Shown here in pieces: positions 37,201 through 50,260 of a stretch of 64,000 nt of DNA. The stretch is from Macrostomum hystrix (Eukaryota > Animalia > Platyhelminthes): contig CATNEN010000001.1 in the NCBI GenBank assembly GCA_950097015.1, forward strand, positions 10,354,001 to 10,418,000, in the 5' to 3' direction. Within the stretch, counting starts at the first letter, position 1; every line of letters starts with the position of its first letter. The notes below the pieces were generated by a model. The model had not been told where the DNA came from, searched no databases, and saw nothing but the letters and a program-made list of their open reading frames with translations. The position numbers and the translations under genes were made by a program.

Positions 37201-38075
37201 CTTCAGGACTCTAAAACTTCAGCATTCTTAAACTTCAGGACTCTTAAACTTCAGGATTCTAAACCTTCAGGATTCTTAAACTTCAGGATTCTTAAACTTC
37301 AGGACTCTAAAACTTATGGATTCTTAAACTTCAGGACTCTTAAACTTCAGGATTCTAAACCTTCAGGATTCTTAAACTTCAGGATTCGAAAACTTCAGGA
37401 CTCTAAAACTTCAGGGTTCTTAAACTTCAGGTTTAATAAACTCCAGGACTCTAAAATTCCAGGATTCTAAACCTTCAGGATTCTTAAACTTCAGGATTCT
37501 TAAACTTCAGGATTCTTAAACTTCAGGATTCTTAAACTTCAGGATTCTTAAACTTCAGCATTCTTAAACTTCAGGATTCTTAAACTTCAGCATTCTTAAA
37601 CTTCAGGATTCTTAAACTTCAGGACTCTTAAACTTCAGCATTCTTAAACTTCAGGATTCTTAAACTTCAGGACTCTTAAACTTCAGCATTCTTAAACTTC
37701 AGGACTCTTAAACTTCAGGATTCTTAAACTTCAGGACTCTAAAACTTCAGGATTCTTAAACTTCAGGACTCTTAAACTTCAGGATTCTTAAACTTCAGGA
37801 CTCTAAAACTTCAGGATTCTAAAACTTCAGGATTCTTAAACTTCAGGATTCTTAAACTTCAGGACTCTTAAACTTCAGCATTCTTAAACTTCAGCATTCT
37901 TAAACTTCAGGACTCTTAAACTTCAGCATTCTTAAACTTCAGGATTCTTAAACTTCAGGACTCTAAAACTTCAGGATTCTTAAACTTCAGGATTCTGAAA
38001 CTACAGGATTCTAAACCTACAGGATTCTTAAACTTCAGGATTCTTAAACTTCAGGATTCTGAAACTACAGGATTT
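34210..38075. repeat. 16-bp satellite CTTCAG(G/C)A(T/C)TCT(T/A)AAA, about 3.9 kb
   Basis: Directly visible, about 240 copies. Confidence 0.97.
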
Positions 38076-38619
38076 TTCAGTTTACAAACTTCCTACTTGT
38101 TATAAATGGTTATTCACCTGGGTCCTAGTAACTAATATTTTTGCTACAAATAGCTACCATAGAAGTAAAGATGCTTATCTGCCGAAAAGCTAGATTTAAA
38201 ATAGGATTGTATCTTTGAGTTGCTATGCCGCTAACTTCGATGATTTCCAGTTTTTTTCATATTATCTTTACTATTGTTATTGTTAAGTTGATAATGGGGG
38301 CTAGTTGAGCAGTGTGTCATCGACATCTCCCCATCTGCACAATCTTGTCCTATTATGATATTATATCAAGTATGCTACCATTACGATCGTATTTTATTGA
38401 ACCAAAGCTTTTTTAGACTAACGAGACACGTGTGCAGCTAATTACAGGGTCGAGCACAAGTGTGCTTCGAGCATACTTTTTTGACAGGTTATAATTAGCA
38501 CGTTTTTCATCACCCATTCATTCTCCATATTGTCAGATTGTTTTTAGAACAGTTTTTGTACCCTTTGTAGTTTTTTACTTTAATTTTTAGGATCTGTCAT
38601 TGCTCTCTCTGTCACCAAG

Positions 38620-39220
38620 TTCTATGACCGGTCATTTCTCTTTATCTTCATGTAGCATGATCCGACATTACCCTCTATCCTCATGTAGTTTTACCCGTCA
38701 TTACTATCTATCATTATGTAGTATGATCAGTCATTACCCTCTATCATGAAGTATGACTGGTCACTGCTCTCTGTCATCATGTAGTATGACCGGTCATTAC
38801 CCTGTATCATTTAGTATGACCAGTCATTTACCTCCCTCTATCCTCATGTTGTATGACCGGTCATTCCCCTCTGTCCTCATGTTGTATGACCGGTCATTAC
38901 CCTCTGTCCTCATGTTATATGACCGGTCATTCCCCTCTATCCTCAAGTTATATGACCGGTCATTACACTCTGTCCTCATGTAGTATGACCAGTCCTTACC
39001 CTCTATCCTCAAGTTGTATGACCGGTCATTACCCTCTATCCTCGAGTTGTATGACCGGTCATTACCCTCTATCCTCGAGTTGTATGACCGGTCATTACCC
39101 TCTATCCTCGAGTTGTATGACCGGTAATTACCCTCTATCCTCGAGTTGTATGACCGGTCATTACCCTCTATCCTCGAGTTGTATGACCGGTCATTACCCT
39201 CTATCTTTATGTAGTATGAA
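38620..39220. repeat. 33-bp minisatellite containing the palindrome ATGACCGGTCAT
   Basis: Unit TATGACCGGTCATTACCCTCTATCCTCGAGTTG. Confidence 0.92.
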
Positions 39221-39268
39221 GAGTAACCCTAGCCTATCTCTTCCTAATAATAATTAATCGCCCCACAG

Positions 39269-39469
39269 TCACTCTCTGGCGAGTTTCATCCCAAGGATCA
39301 CACTGCATCGGATCATTGTGGCAGCAGCGATTCATTGCCGCGCCAGCAGCAGCAGCATCAGCAACAGCAGCAGCAACCGCAGCAGCAACCGCATCAGAAC
39401 CCCGACGCTCAGCTGTGCTTTCCAACTCAATACCTGGTGGCTGTGGAAGAGGAGAGCAGCCCATCGGAG
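39269..39469 (+). CDS. CUPID-domain gene, exon 3
   Basis: ccccacag|SLSGEFHPKD...QQQQHQQQ...AQLCFPTQYLVAVEEESSPSE|gtgagt. 201 nt, phase 0-0. KEK-SLSGEFHP resembles CUPID REAELTGxLP. The frame differs from the ORF-track ORF 39316..39498. Confidence 0.75.
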
Positions 39470-39829
39470 GTGAGTTAGAGAAAACTTTATTGGGATAATT
39501 TGTGATTTTAAGGATAGTTTTACAACTCAAGATTCTGATTTTTGTCAATGACGAAAAACCTTGTTGAGAAAGACCATTGTTTGTTGAGGTTGCGACGTGG
39601 AAGTAGAACTTTCACTTGGACTTGTTTAATCATCCTTTTTTATTCCTTACTTAATGACACAAAATTATTGTTTGTATTTGTTTTCTGAGTATTATTCCAA
39701 TTTTTGCTTTAGTTAAGCAAATTCGTGTTTAATGTCTTCTTTTAAAAATCATGTTTACATTGTTTCAAGTTTTTGTCACGATGCTTTTACGTCATACACT
39801 TCCCTCATTCATTGTCCACTTCCCACTTG

Positions 39830-40365
39830 ACCTACTTTCCTCAGTCATGACCCACTTCTCTCAGCTATGACCTTTCTTCCCTCAGCTATGACCTACTTCC
39901 CTCAGCTATGACCTTTCTTCCCTCAGCTATGACCTACATCCCTCAGTCATGATCTACTTCCCTCAGCTATGACCTACATCCCTCAGTCATGATCTACTTC
40001 CCTCAGCTATGACCTACTTCCCTCCGCTATGACCTACTTCCCTCAGTCATGATCTACTTCCCTTAGCTATGACCTACATCCCTTAGTCATGATCTACTTC
40101 CCTCAGCTATGACCTACTTCCCTCCGCTATGACCTACTTCCCTCAGCTATGACCTACTTCCCTCAGCTATGACCTACTTCCCTCAGCTATGACCTACTTC
40201 CCTCAGCTATGACCTACTTCCCTCAGCTATGACCTACTTCCCTCAGTCATGACCCACTTCCCTCAGATATGACCTTTCTTCCCCCAGCTATGACCTTTCT
40301 TCCCTCAGCTATGACCTTTCTTCCCCCAGCTATGACCTACTTCCCTCAGTCATGACCCACTTCCC
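39830..40365. repeat. 20-bp minisatellite CCTCAGCTATGACCTACTTC
   Basis: Directly visible. Confidence 0.93.
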
Positions 40366-40875
40366 ACTTCCCTTAAACACTAAAAACCAAATTCTTTAAT
40401 TCAATTGATATTTCGTAAAATCGCCATCCCACAGTATTTATTCCACACTAATCATTCAGACACGGAACCGCATGACCAGACACAATAGTCCCAAGAGATC
40501 GCAAAGTCTGATAGTCACATTCGTGAAAAAATTCGTGAAAATTCACTCTTCAGTTCGCGAAAAAATCTAGATTCATAAAATTAGCGTTTACAACTCAGTT
40601 GTCAAGCTAGGAAACTTTCCTAGGTTTAAAACAAATCTGGGTCTTTGTTCTACTGAAGGCTTCAAGTTCTTTTATTTTTTTACAGTGATTTTCCCACACT
40701 TCAAGTCCGGAATTCAACGACTTACTTTTGTGATCTTCACTCGCATTTCTTCTTTCTTCTTTGTTGAAGTGCTGCACTTTTAAATGCGCTTCGCACTGTA
40801 ACTAATATTCGCGTTTTTTAAGAACAAGAAAAAGAACATGAGTTTCGTTCGCAAACTCGGGTTGGATTGGCTGAG

Positions 40876-43086
40876 GGGAGATGAGACACGGGAGGGATGA
40901 GACACGGGAGAGATGAGACACGGCAGAGATGAGACACGGCAGAGATAAGACACGGCAGAGATGAGACACGGCAGAGATGAGACACGGCAGAGATGAGACA
41001 CGGGAGAGATGAGACACGGGAGAGAAGACAGGGCAGAGATGAGACACGGGAGAGATGAGACACGGGAGAGATGAGACACGGGAGAGATGAGACAGGGGAG
41101 AGATGAGACACGGGAGAAATAAGACACGGGAGAGATGAGACACGGGAGAGATGAGACAGGGGAGAGATGAGACAGGGGAGAGATGAGACAGGGGAGAGAT
41201 AAGACACGGGAGAGATGAGACAGGGGAGAGATAAGACACGGGAGAGATGAGACACGGGAGAGATGAGACACGGGAGAGATGAGACACGGGAGAGATGAGA
41301 CAGGGGAGAGATGAGACAGGGGAGAGATAAGACACGGGAGAGATGAGACAGGGGAGAGATAAGACACGGGAGAGATGAGACACGGCAGAGATGAGACACG
41401 GGAGGGATGAGACACGGGAGAGATGAGACACGGCAGAGATGAGACACGGCAGAGATAAGACACGGCAGAGATGAGACACGGCAGAGATGAGACACGGCAG
41501 AGATGAGACACGGGAGAGATGAGACACGGGAGAGAAGACAGGGCAGAGATGAGACACGGGAGAGATGAGACAGGGGAGAGATGAGACACGGGAGAGATGA
41601 GACAGGGGAGAGATGAGACACGGGAGAAATAAGACACGGGAGAGATGAGACACGGGAGAGATGAGACAGGGGAGAGATGAGACAGGGGAGAGATGAGACA
41701 GGGGAGAGATAAGACACGGGAGAGATGAGACAGGGGAGAGATAAGACACGGGAGAGATGAGACACGGGAGAGATGAGACACGGGAGAGATGAGACAGGGG
41801 AGAGATGAGACAGGGGAGAGATAAGACACGGGAGAGATGAGACAGGGGAGAGATAAGACACGGGAGAGATGAGACAGGGGAGAGATGAGACACGGGAGAA
41901 ATAAGACACGGGAGAGATGAGACACGGCAGAGATGAGACACGGCAGAGATGAGACACGGCAGAGATGAGACACGGGAGAGATGAGACACGGCAGAGATGA
42001 GACAGGGGAGAGATGAGACACGGGAGAGATAAGACACGGGAGAGATGAGACACGGCAGAGATGAGACGCGGGAGAGATGAGACACGCAGAGATGAGACAC
42101 GGGCGAGATGAGACACGGGAGAGATGAGACACGGCAGAGATGAGACAGGGGAGAGATGAGACACGAGAGAGAGATGAGACAGGGGAGAGATGAGACAGGG
42201 CAGAGATGAAACAGGGGAGAGATGAGACAGGGGAGAGATGAGACACGAGAGAGAGATGAGACACGGCAGAGATGAGACACGGCAGAGATGAGACACGGGA
42301 GAGAAGACAGGGCAGAGATGAGACACGGGAGAGATGAGACAGGGGAGAGATGAGACAGGGGAGAGATAAGACACGGGAGAGATGAGACACGGGAGAGATG
42401 AGACAGGGGAGAGATGAGACAGGGGAGAGATAAGACACGGGAGAGATGAGACAGGGGAGAGATGAGACACGGGAGAAATAAGACACGGGAGAGATGAGAC
42501 ACGGCAGAGATGAGACACGGCAGAGATGAGACACGGCAGAGATGAGACACGGGAGAGATGAGACACGGCAGAGATGAGACACGGGAGAGATAAGACACGG
42601 GAGAGATGAGACACGGCAGAGATGAGACGCGGGAGAGATGAGACACGCAGAGATGAGACACGGGCGAGATGAGACACGGGAGAGATGAGACACGGCAGAG
42701 ATGAGACAGGGGAGAGATGAGACAGGGGAGAGATGAGACAGGGCAGAGATGAAACAGGGGAGAGATGAGACAGGGGAGAGATGAGACACGAGAGAGAGAT
42801 GAGACACGGCAGAGATGAGACGCGGGAGAGATGAGACACGCAGAGATGAGACACGGGCGAGATGAGACACGGCAGAGATGAGACACGGCAGAGATGAGAC
42901 ACGGCAGAGATGAGACACGCAGAGATGAGACACGGGCGAGATGAGACACGGCAGAGATGAGACGCGGGAGAGATGAGACACGGGCGAGATGAGACACGGC
43001 AGAGATGAGACACGCAGAGATGAGACACGGGCGAGATGAGACACGGCAGAGATGAGACGCGGGAGAGATGAGACGCGGGAGAGACT
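40876..43086. repeat. 16-bp purine-rich minisatellite GAGATGAGACACGG(G/C)A
   Basis: Directly visible. Internal block duplication of about 510 bp (variant GGAGGGATGA at 40891 and 41401). Confidence 0.96.
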
Positions 43087-43879
43087 GCATAAATAATTAC
43101 CTAGCCTAGATTTTCACTAACTTCAGGCATTTAGTTTCGATTCTTCTTGTCCAGATGTAAGCATTCAGAAGTGGCCCAATGCCCCTGCCAACTGTAAGTC
43201 TTTGTTCCATCGATAAAGAATCACTAGAGTACCTAAAAAGATCTTCAAATAGAGATAAAATTTTGTTTAAACATCTGAGATGCACTTTTAGTTAGGTTTC
43301 TTTATTCTCTTCTTTCACGTGGTGAGTGCGTGTTTTTTATCAGTTTTTTATCCCATTTTTTCCCTCATTTTTGTTGCGAGGTTACACTGTCTAGCATTGG
43401 CCACTATTAACTAGTCCACACACTCTTATCTCCCGCCTCGTGGCACCACCCAGTTTGACCATCTGTCAAAGTGTACAGAATTCCCAAACGGAAATTAATA
43501 TTAGCTAAATTATTCTCGCATAATCGATACTATAATACGAAAGTGCTAAACAGTAATAGAATAATGTGTGCGACCCTGGAGTTTAGATAGGTTTTATATA
43601 ATGACTTTACTAGTGATTATAAACCAGAAGTAATTCTGTAAAATATATCGGATTGTTACATATATTTTTTGTTAAGATCTATCCTATATTTCGAGGTTTT
43701 TCTACCCCTTTGGTCTTTTACAAACATTTACAAATATTATTCAGAGATGCTAATCTTCAACAAAGATCCCAAATCTGTACAACTACGAGTAGATCGTAGT
43801 TTTATCATTCTGCTGGCTGTTGTACAAAGTACAAATCTGTACTAAGATAAAAAATCTCAATCTTAGGCAAAAATCACAT

Positions 43880-44305
43880 TTCCCAATCTTGTATAACGAT
43901 CGCAATCTAGTACAAAGTTCCTAATTCTTGTGAAAATATCCCAATCTTGTACAAAGTTACCAATCTTGTAAAAAGTTACCAATTATTGTACAAAGATCCC
44001 AATCTTGTACAAAAATACCAATCTTGTACAAAGATGCCATTCTTGTACAAAGATACCAATCTTGTACAAAGATGCCATTCTTGTACAAAGATACCAATCT
44101 TGTACAAAGATGCCATTCTTGTACAAAGATACCAATCTTGTAAAAAGTTACCAATTTTTGTACAAAGTTACCAATTTGTAAAAGGATCTCAATTTTGTAC
44201 AAAGATGCCCATCTTGTACAATGTTACCAATTCTTGTACAATGTTACCAATTCTTGTACAATGTTACCAATTCTTGTACAATGTTACCAATTCTTGTACA
44301 AATGA
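43880..44305. repeat. 19-20-bp minisatellite with TTGTACAA palindrome
   Basis: Units CCAAT(T)CTTGTACAA(AGAT/TGTT)A. Confidence 0.88.
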
Positions 44306-44381
44306 TCCCTTTGTTGTACTTAGATCCCAATATTTACAAATATTGGCTAAATAAACCACATCCCTCACCCACCCAACCCAG

Positions 44382-44525
44382 CTGGTGCAGTTGCAAGAGG
44401 AGGCAGCGGTACAGCGGGCTCTGGTTGAAGCCAACGCCAGACTGCTGCGCGAATGTCAAACCGACCGCGCTGCTCGACAATTGAAACGAAAGCGAACTCA
44501 AGAATATCAGCGATCGCAGGAGAAG
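44382..44525 (+). CDS. CUPID-domain gene, exon 4 (second coiled-coil)
   Basis: aacccag|LVQLQEEAAVQRALVEANARLLRECQTDRAARQLKRKRTQEYQRSQEK|gtaagg. 144 nt, phase 0-0. Aligns by eye to the FRMD4A-type [42 protein letters not shown]. Confidence 0.82.
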
Positions 44526-44632
44526 GTAAGGAAATGTGTGTTTTTGTAATAATTGCTTTGTTGTACTTACCGTGTAAATATTGATCATTTGTACAAGTGT
44601 ACAAATTCCCTAGCAATAGTTAATAATAATTG

Positions 44633-44980
44633 CAGGAGGGCTGCGGGCAAAGGCACATCATTTAGTGGCACTAGACCCGCAGCCAGTGAGGAGGCAATTC
44701 TGCTCATTCCGCTGACTCCTGAGCACACACGCACACAGATACTGTACGCAGGCACACACTCACACAGCTGTGTACATCTGCCCTGACTTTCTCATCGTCA
44801 GGCAGTGTACACTCTCACTGTGCCTTGGAGGTTGGCCCTCAATGGCGTAAATTGCACGACAAGCCACCAAGCCTTCTCACCGCGGCTGCGCCCCAAATGA
44901 ATGTGGCCTCGCCGCGGAATCGAGCTCAGGGACCTCGGTGCGAGAGGCAAACGCGTTAACCGCTCTGCCACCGACCCTCT
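44633..44980 (-). mobile_element. tRNA-derived SINE (Pol III A and B boxes)
   Basis: Minus strand reads GGGTCGGTGGCAGAGCGGTTAACGCG...GAGCTCGATTCCGCGG: A box TGGCAGAGCGG, B-box-like GCTCGATTCC, then a GC-rich body. The 3' boundary is approximate. Confidence 0.6.
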
Positions 44981-44994
44981 AGATTCCTTAGTTG

Positions 44995-45250
44995 TGTACA
45001 AGGGTACAGGTCTTTAATAGTGTATGACACCCCGATTGGGCCAGATGTAGCTATCTGAAGGCTGCGTACAGCTGTTCAGTCCATGGACTGGGACGGACGC
45101 CTCACCCACCCTCAATTAACCCAGCCGATGCTGGCACCCATTTAACAGCTGGGTGAACTGAAGCAATGCAGAGTTAAGTGTCTTGCTAAAGGACAGCAAT
45201 TTTTTCAGTGGATTTGGGAATCGAACCCTTGACTTTCTAGTGGTGAGTCT
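44995..45250 (-). mobile_element. 5'-truncated SINE with a CORE/Nin-like central domain
   Basis: Minus strand has B box GGGTTCGATTCCC, then GTCCTTTAGCAAGACACTTAACTCTGCATTGCTTCAGTTCACCCAGCTGTTAAATGGGTGCC, resembling the conserved ...GCAAGxCACTTAAC...CTGTAAAATGGG domain of metazoan SINE superfamilies. Confidence 0.65.
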
Positions 45251-45285
45251 AATTAATATATAAATTACACCTGTCTGTCTTGTAG

Positions 45286-45626
45286 CTTCGCTCTCTCAAC
45301 CAGAGAATCGCTGAGATTCGCGCCAGAGATTCAGCAAACGAGGCGGCTGTCGCGGCGGCAGCAGCAGCAGCTTCCTGCAGCAGTTTCAGCGGCAGCCTGT
45401 CAAACAACGATGACGCAATCATTGTAGACGCCGGGGTTGACTGCAACAATCCGGCTGGAACCGGTTCCCAGCTGCAGTCGCCGATTTTGTCCTCGGCTGA
45501 GGTGAGCGAAGCGTCCGCCTGGTCCCAGTCCCTGCCAGCTTTGATCAGCGCCAGTTCCCAAGCTAACCAGCTGCAGCAACAGCAGCAGCAGCAGCAGCTG
45601 GCTAATCGAAAGCTGAACTCATTTCG
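45286..45626 (+). CDS. CUPID-domain gene, exon 5
   Basis: cttgtag|LRSLNQRIAEIRARDSANEAAVAAAAAAAS...QQQQQQQLANRKLNSF(R)|gtaagt, phase 0-2. It completes the KKLQEIENAINE-like helix. Absent from the ORF track in this frame. Confidence 0.8.
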
Positions 45627-45941
45627 GTAAGTTCTTGTTGAGTTTTTTGTAACCTGAATCTTTCCTTTCCCCTTTCCTTAATCCTCTCTTCAATAAATCT
45701 CCCCTTTTACCCAAAATATCCTTTTCTCCCCTTAGTCTCCCCTTCCTGAAAATCGACCGTTGTCAAAATTTCTCTCCGTTTCTTTTAATCTCGCTTTTTG
45801 TTGAAATAGTGTTTTACCAAATCTCACTTTTCCTAAAATCTCACAAAGGAAATTTCTTATTTTGAAAAATTTCGTATTTTTTTAAATTCTCCGTTAAAAC
45901 TGTTTTCATTCACTGTCTCCCCTTTCCCAGTCTCCATTTCC

Positions 45942-46120
45942 TCAAAGATCTTCCCTTTCAAAGATCTCCCCTTTCAAAGATCTCCCCTTTCAAAGATCTC
46001 CCCTTTCAAAGATCTCCCCTTTCAAAGATCTCCCCTTTCAAAGATCTCCCCTTTCAAAGATCTCCCCTTTCAAAGATCTCCCCTTTCAAAGATCTCCCCT
46101 TTCAAAGATATCCCCTTTTC
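45942..46120. repeat. 16-bp minisatellite AAGATCTCCCCTTTCA
   Basis: Directly visible, about 10 copies. Confidence 0.9.
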
Positions 46121-46376
46121 GTAAATCTCACATTTCTCAAAGTCTACCTCCTCCCTTCCCCAACATCTCCTATTTCTGAAAATCTAGCCTTTCCCAATCC
46201 CCCTTTCCCTTTAAAATCGCCGCTTTTAAAAATCTCTTCATTCACCGTCTCCCCTTATCCCAAAATCTCCCCTTTCCCAGTCTCCCCTTCCTAAGAAATC
46301 TCCCCTTTCTCAAAGTGTCAAAATTCTCAGAAACGCTCAAGTATCCTAACCATCGAATATCATTGGAAAATTGCAG

Positions 46377-46668
46377 CGCGTTCAGCAAGCCGCAGCCGCC
46401 CCATCGTCGGTGTCCGAACGCTTCAGCCGTGGCCTCCACAGTCAGCGTCGACTCGGGCTTCCAGGACATCTCGTCGTGCTGCACCAGCTCCACTACTAGC
46501 CTGGAGTTAAACTGTCAGGCCAAGTTGACGTGCCATTTGAAACAGCTGGCCACCACTGGTAGCAGTGCACCTGCTGCTGCTGCTGATGCTGCCGCCGCCG
46601 CTGATGATGAAGTTGTCAATGTCTTGGACGGCCAACACGAAGCCATGGATGAGGATGGGGACTTTTAA
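46377..46668 (+). CDS. CUPID-domain gene, exon 6 (terminal)
   Basis: ttgcag|46377, phase 2, in frame with ORF 46315..46668 (AFSKPQPP...VDSGFQDISS...DEDGDF*). The joined CDS is 2133 nt, 710 aa. Confidence 0.75.
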
Positions 46669-46851
46669 AAGCTACTCAAAATTATTTCGAGATCTTGCTT
46701 TGCTGTCTGCAAACCGGTGTGCCTATTGTATTGGAGTCATTTCGATTGGCAAAAATTTTTATATCACTGACACTGTCCATTTTTATAAATTCTCTTATGA
46801 ACTTTGAAATCGCATAAGATTGAATTAGTGACCTTTTACCTAAATTTACTT

Positions 46852-47372
46852 TTCCAATTCAGCCTATCAAACTACCAATCTACCGCGTCAAACTACCAAT
46901 CTACCCTGTCAAACTACCAATCTACCGCATCAAACTACCAATCCAGCCTATCAAACTACCGATCTTCCCTTTCAAACTAACAATCTACCCTATCAAACTA
47001 CCAATCTACCCTGTCAAACTACCAATCTACCCTATCAAACTACCAATCTACCCTGTCAAACTAACAATCTACCGCATCAAACTACCAATCCAGCCTATCA
47101 AACTACCAATCTACCGCATCAAACTACCAATCTACCCTGTCAAACTAACAATCTACCGCATCAAACTACCAATCCAGCCTATCAAGCTACCAATCTACCG
47201 CATCAAACTACCAATCTACCCTATCAAACTACCGATCTTCCCTTTCAAACTACCAATCTACCCTATCAAACTACCAATCTACCCTATCAAACTACCTATC
47301 TACCCTATCAAACTACCAATCTACCCTATCAAACTACCAATCTACCCTATCAAACTACCAATCTACTCTGTC
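46852..47372. repeat. 21-bp minisatellite TCAAACTACCAATCTACCCTA
   Basis: Directly visible. Confidence 0.93.
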
Positions 47373-48242
47373 ATACAAACACTTTACCTATCAATACCAG
47401 CATTTTCTATCCACTCACCAAACCTACTTTATTTGCTTGCCTATTTCGAATTGTTTTTTTGGTTTCCCAAAGTCCTAATCTTTGTTTAAATGAGTCTTTG
47501 TTTCCTCAATGATTTTTTTAGCTAAAAAGGCCTTTGTGATTAGTTGTGTGGCCGCCTGACCTAAGTGTGAACTATCTGTGCTATTTCCGTATATTTATAT
47601 GTTCACCTCTTAGTCTTATTTTACGTTTTAAATGGCTTAGAATCAGTTCAGCTAAATTTATATTTTTATATTCGCTTTATCCTACTTATATTTTTATACG
47701 AGTAGAGTAGTGAGGAAGCGACTGTAAAACTTAGCGATTTCATTTATCAATCATATTGAAGGCTGATATAAAAATGCAACTCTGTGCTTTTTTCAGATGT
47801 GAGCTACTTGTGTTTCACGCCTGTATTAACTACCGTAACAGTTATATAAGTACACTAATTGTGCAAAGGATCAATTACGCATGCAATGACTCTTTCACAC
47901 TAAATGCACATGTCATACACTGCTATAGTTTATTAATAACCATGGCAATCTGCCCTGTTTGACTGAAAGTATTCTTTTTTATGACACAATGCTAACCTTT
48001 TATAACAAAAAAACGTTTGATAATGCAAGGAATTGTTCAGTGTTACATTGTTTAATCGAATATATAAATATATTTATACATATATCTTCATATATATTTC
48101 CAGGTTGAGTAATTGCTCAATTTTAAAAGTGCAACACAATTGAGCACGCTGAATCTGATGAAAATTTAACGGCAAAAGTTTTTGCTTTTGTGCGATCGAC
48201 TTTTTATTTATGCGACTGTAACACAGCATGAATTTATTGTCT

Positions 48243-48850
48243 GATCTAGTACTGGTCTACAGACTCATCTAGTTCTGATCGATAGGCTAATCTAGTTCTG
48301 ATCTACAGACTCATCTAGTTTTAATCTACAGACTCATCTAGTTCTGATCTACAGACTCATCTAGTTTTAATCTATATACTCTTATATTTCTAATCTACAG
48401 ACTCATCTAGTTCTGATCGATAGGCTAATCTAGTTCTGATCTACAGACTCATCTAGTTCTAATCTACAGACTCATCTAGTTCTGATCTATAGACTCATCT
48501 AGTTCTGATCGATAGACTCATCTAGTTCTAATCTATATACTCTTATATTTCTAATCTACAGACTCATCTAGTTCCAATCTATAGACTCATCTAGTTCTGA
48601 TCTACAGACTCATCTAGTTCTAATCTACTGACTAATCTAGTTCTAATCTACAGACTCATCTAGTTCTGATCTACAGACTCATCTAGTTCTAGTCTACAGA
48701 CTCATCTAGTTATGATCTACAGACTCATCTAGTTCTGATTGATAGACTCATCTAGTTCTGGTCTAAATCTATCATCTATGATTGACAGATTATCTTATAA
48801 CGATCTACAGATAATCTAGTTACGATTTACTGATAATTTAGTTCTGTTCG
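48243..48850. repeat. 23-bp minisatellite ATCTACAGACTCATCTAGTTCT(G/A)
   Basis: Directly visible, degenerate at the right end. Confidence 0.9.
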
Positions 48851-49494
48851 ACAGACAATGTTTTCCGAATCTATCGATTAATTTAGATTAAAACATTATT
48901 AGAGACTAAGCCTGAAGCAGTGTAGTCACTAGAACGAATTTATCTTTTCACAAAAATCCCAATAAAAGCTTCCAAGTAATTTATCCCGTCTCACTCAAAG
49001 CTGCTATGTGAGGAGGATTTCAATGGGATCATGAGCAAACTGACTTGCCACCTGAGCTCCCGACGTCTCAGAAAAATTTAAAGTCCCGCAGTTAGATGAA
49101 TTTGGCTAAGATTTGGCCTAAATAAATTTCTATGCATAGCAACACGCGAGACAATTTGTTGTACAGCCTTTGAGTTGCTCTCAAATCTACTGTACACACA
49201 CACTATAGACTCAAAAATAGCCTGTGTATGTACATACAGTAATTAATCATTTGGTGCCTGATTAGGCAGTGATATCACTTATAGAATAAGCTCAGTTAGG
49301 GTTGACTTCCCAGTAAGTAGTCAGCTAATACTGATGTGTCAATGTAAAAGTACAATCTGCTGATTAATATCCAGCGTTATGCAGTAGAAAAAAGCAATGG
49401 TGTATTATTTTTAATCATATTAATAAACTATTTTTTTAGATTTTTAATACGTTTATTGTTAAATGCTAAAATAACAGAAGTCTGATAGTCGATA

Positions 49495-50260
49495 AACCTT
49501 AATCTCAACTTCCGTCTCAATCTATATATTACTCTGTCTCAACCTACATCTCACTCTCCGTCTCAACCTACATCTCACTCTCCGTCTCAACCTACATCTC
49601 ACTCTCCGTCTCAACCTACATCTCCCTCTCCGTCTCAACCTACATCTCACTCTCCGTCTCAACCTACATCTCCCTCTCCGTCTCAACCTACATCTCACTC
49701 TCCGTCTAAACCTACATCTCACTCTCTGTCTCAACCTATATCTCACTCTCGGTCTCAACCTACATCTCCTTCTCGGTCTCAACCTACATCTCACTCTCCG
49801 TCTCAACCTACATCTCCCTCTCCGTCTCAACCTACATCTCACTCTCCGTCTCAACCTACATCTCCCTCTCCGTCTCAACCTACATCTCCCTCTCCGTCTC
49901 AACCTACATCTCACTCTCCGTCTCAACCTACATCTCCCTCTCCGTCTCAACCTACATCTCACTCTCCGTCTCAACCTGCATCTCACTCTCGGTCTCAACC
50001 TACATCTCCTTCTCGGTCTCAACCTACATCTCACTCTCCGTCTAAACCTACATCTCAATCTGTCTCAACCTACATCTCAATCTGTCTCAACCTACATCTC
50101 AATCTGTCTGAAACGACATCTCAATCTGTCTCAACCTACATCTCATTCAGTCTCAACCTACATCTCATTCAGTCTCAACCTACATCTCATTCAGTCTCAA
50201 CCTACATCTCAATCTGTCTCAACCTACATCTCAATCAGTCTCAACCTACATCTCACCTCC
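49495..50260. repeat. 24-bp then 22-bp minisatellite built on GTCTCAACCTACATCTCA
   Basis: Directly visible. Confidence 0.93.

Noticed and set aside
40780-43090. Three ORFs of 730-760 aa on the minus strand
   Set aside because: All three frames are open only because the 16-bp unit lacks stops; they lie inside an intron of the CUPID gene.
44780-44808. Possible minimal hammerhead ribozyme (CTGACGA..GAAA on the minus strand)
   Set aside because: There is no room for stem II and no convincing stems I and III; it looks like a simple hairpin in the SINE body.
44905-44980. tRNA gene
   Set aside because: A and B boxes are present, but there is no clean cloverleaf or terminator and it continues into a SINE-like body.
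49522-50058. Protamine-like Arg/Cys-rich ORF
   Set aside because: It is the translation of a 24-bp minisatellite whose family continues as 22-bp units; there is no evidence of coding.
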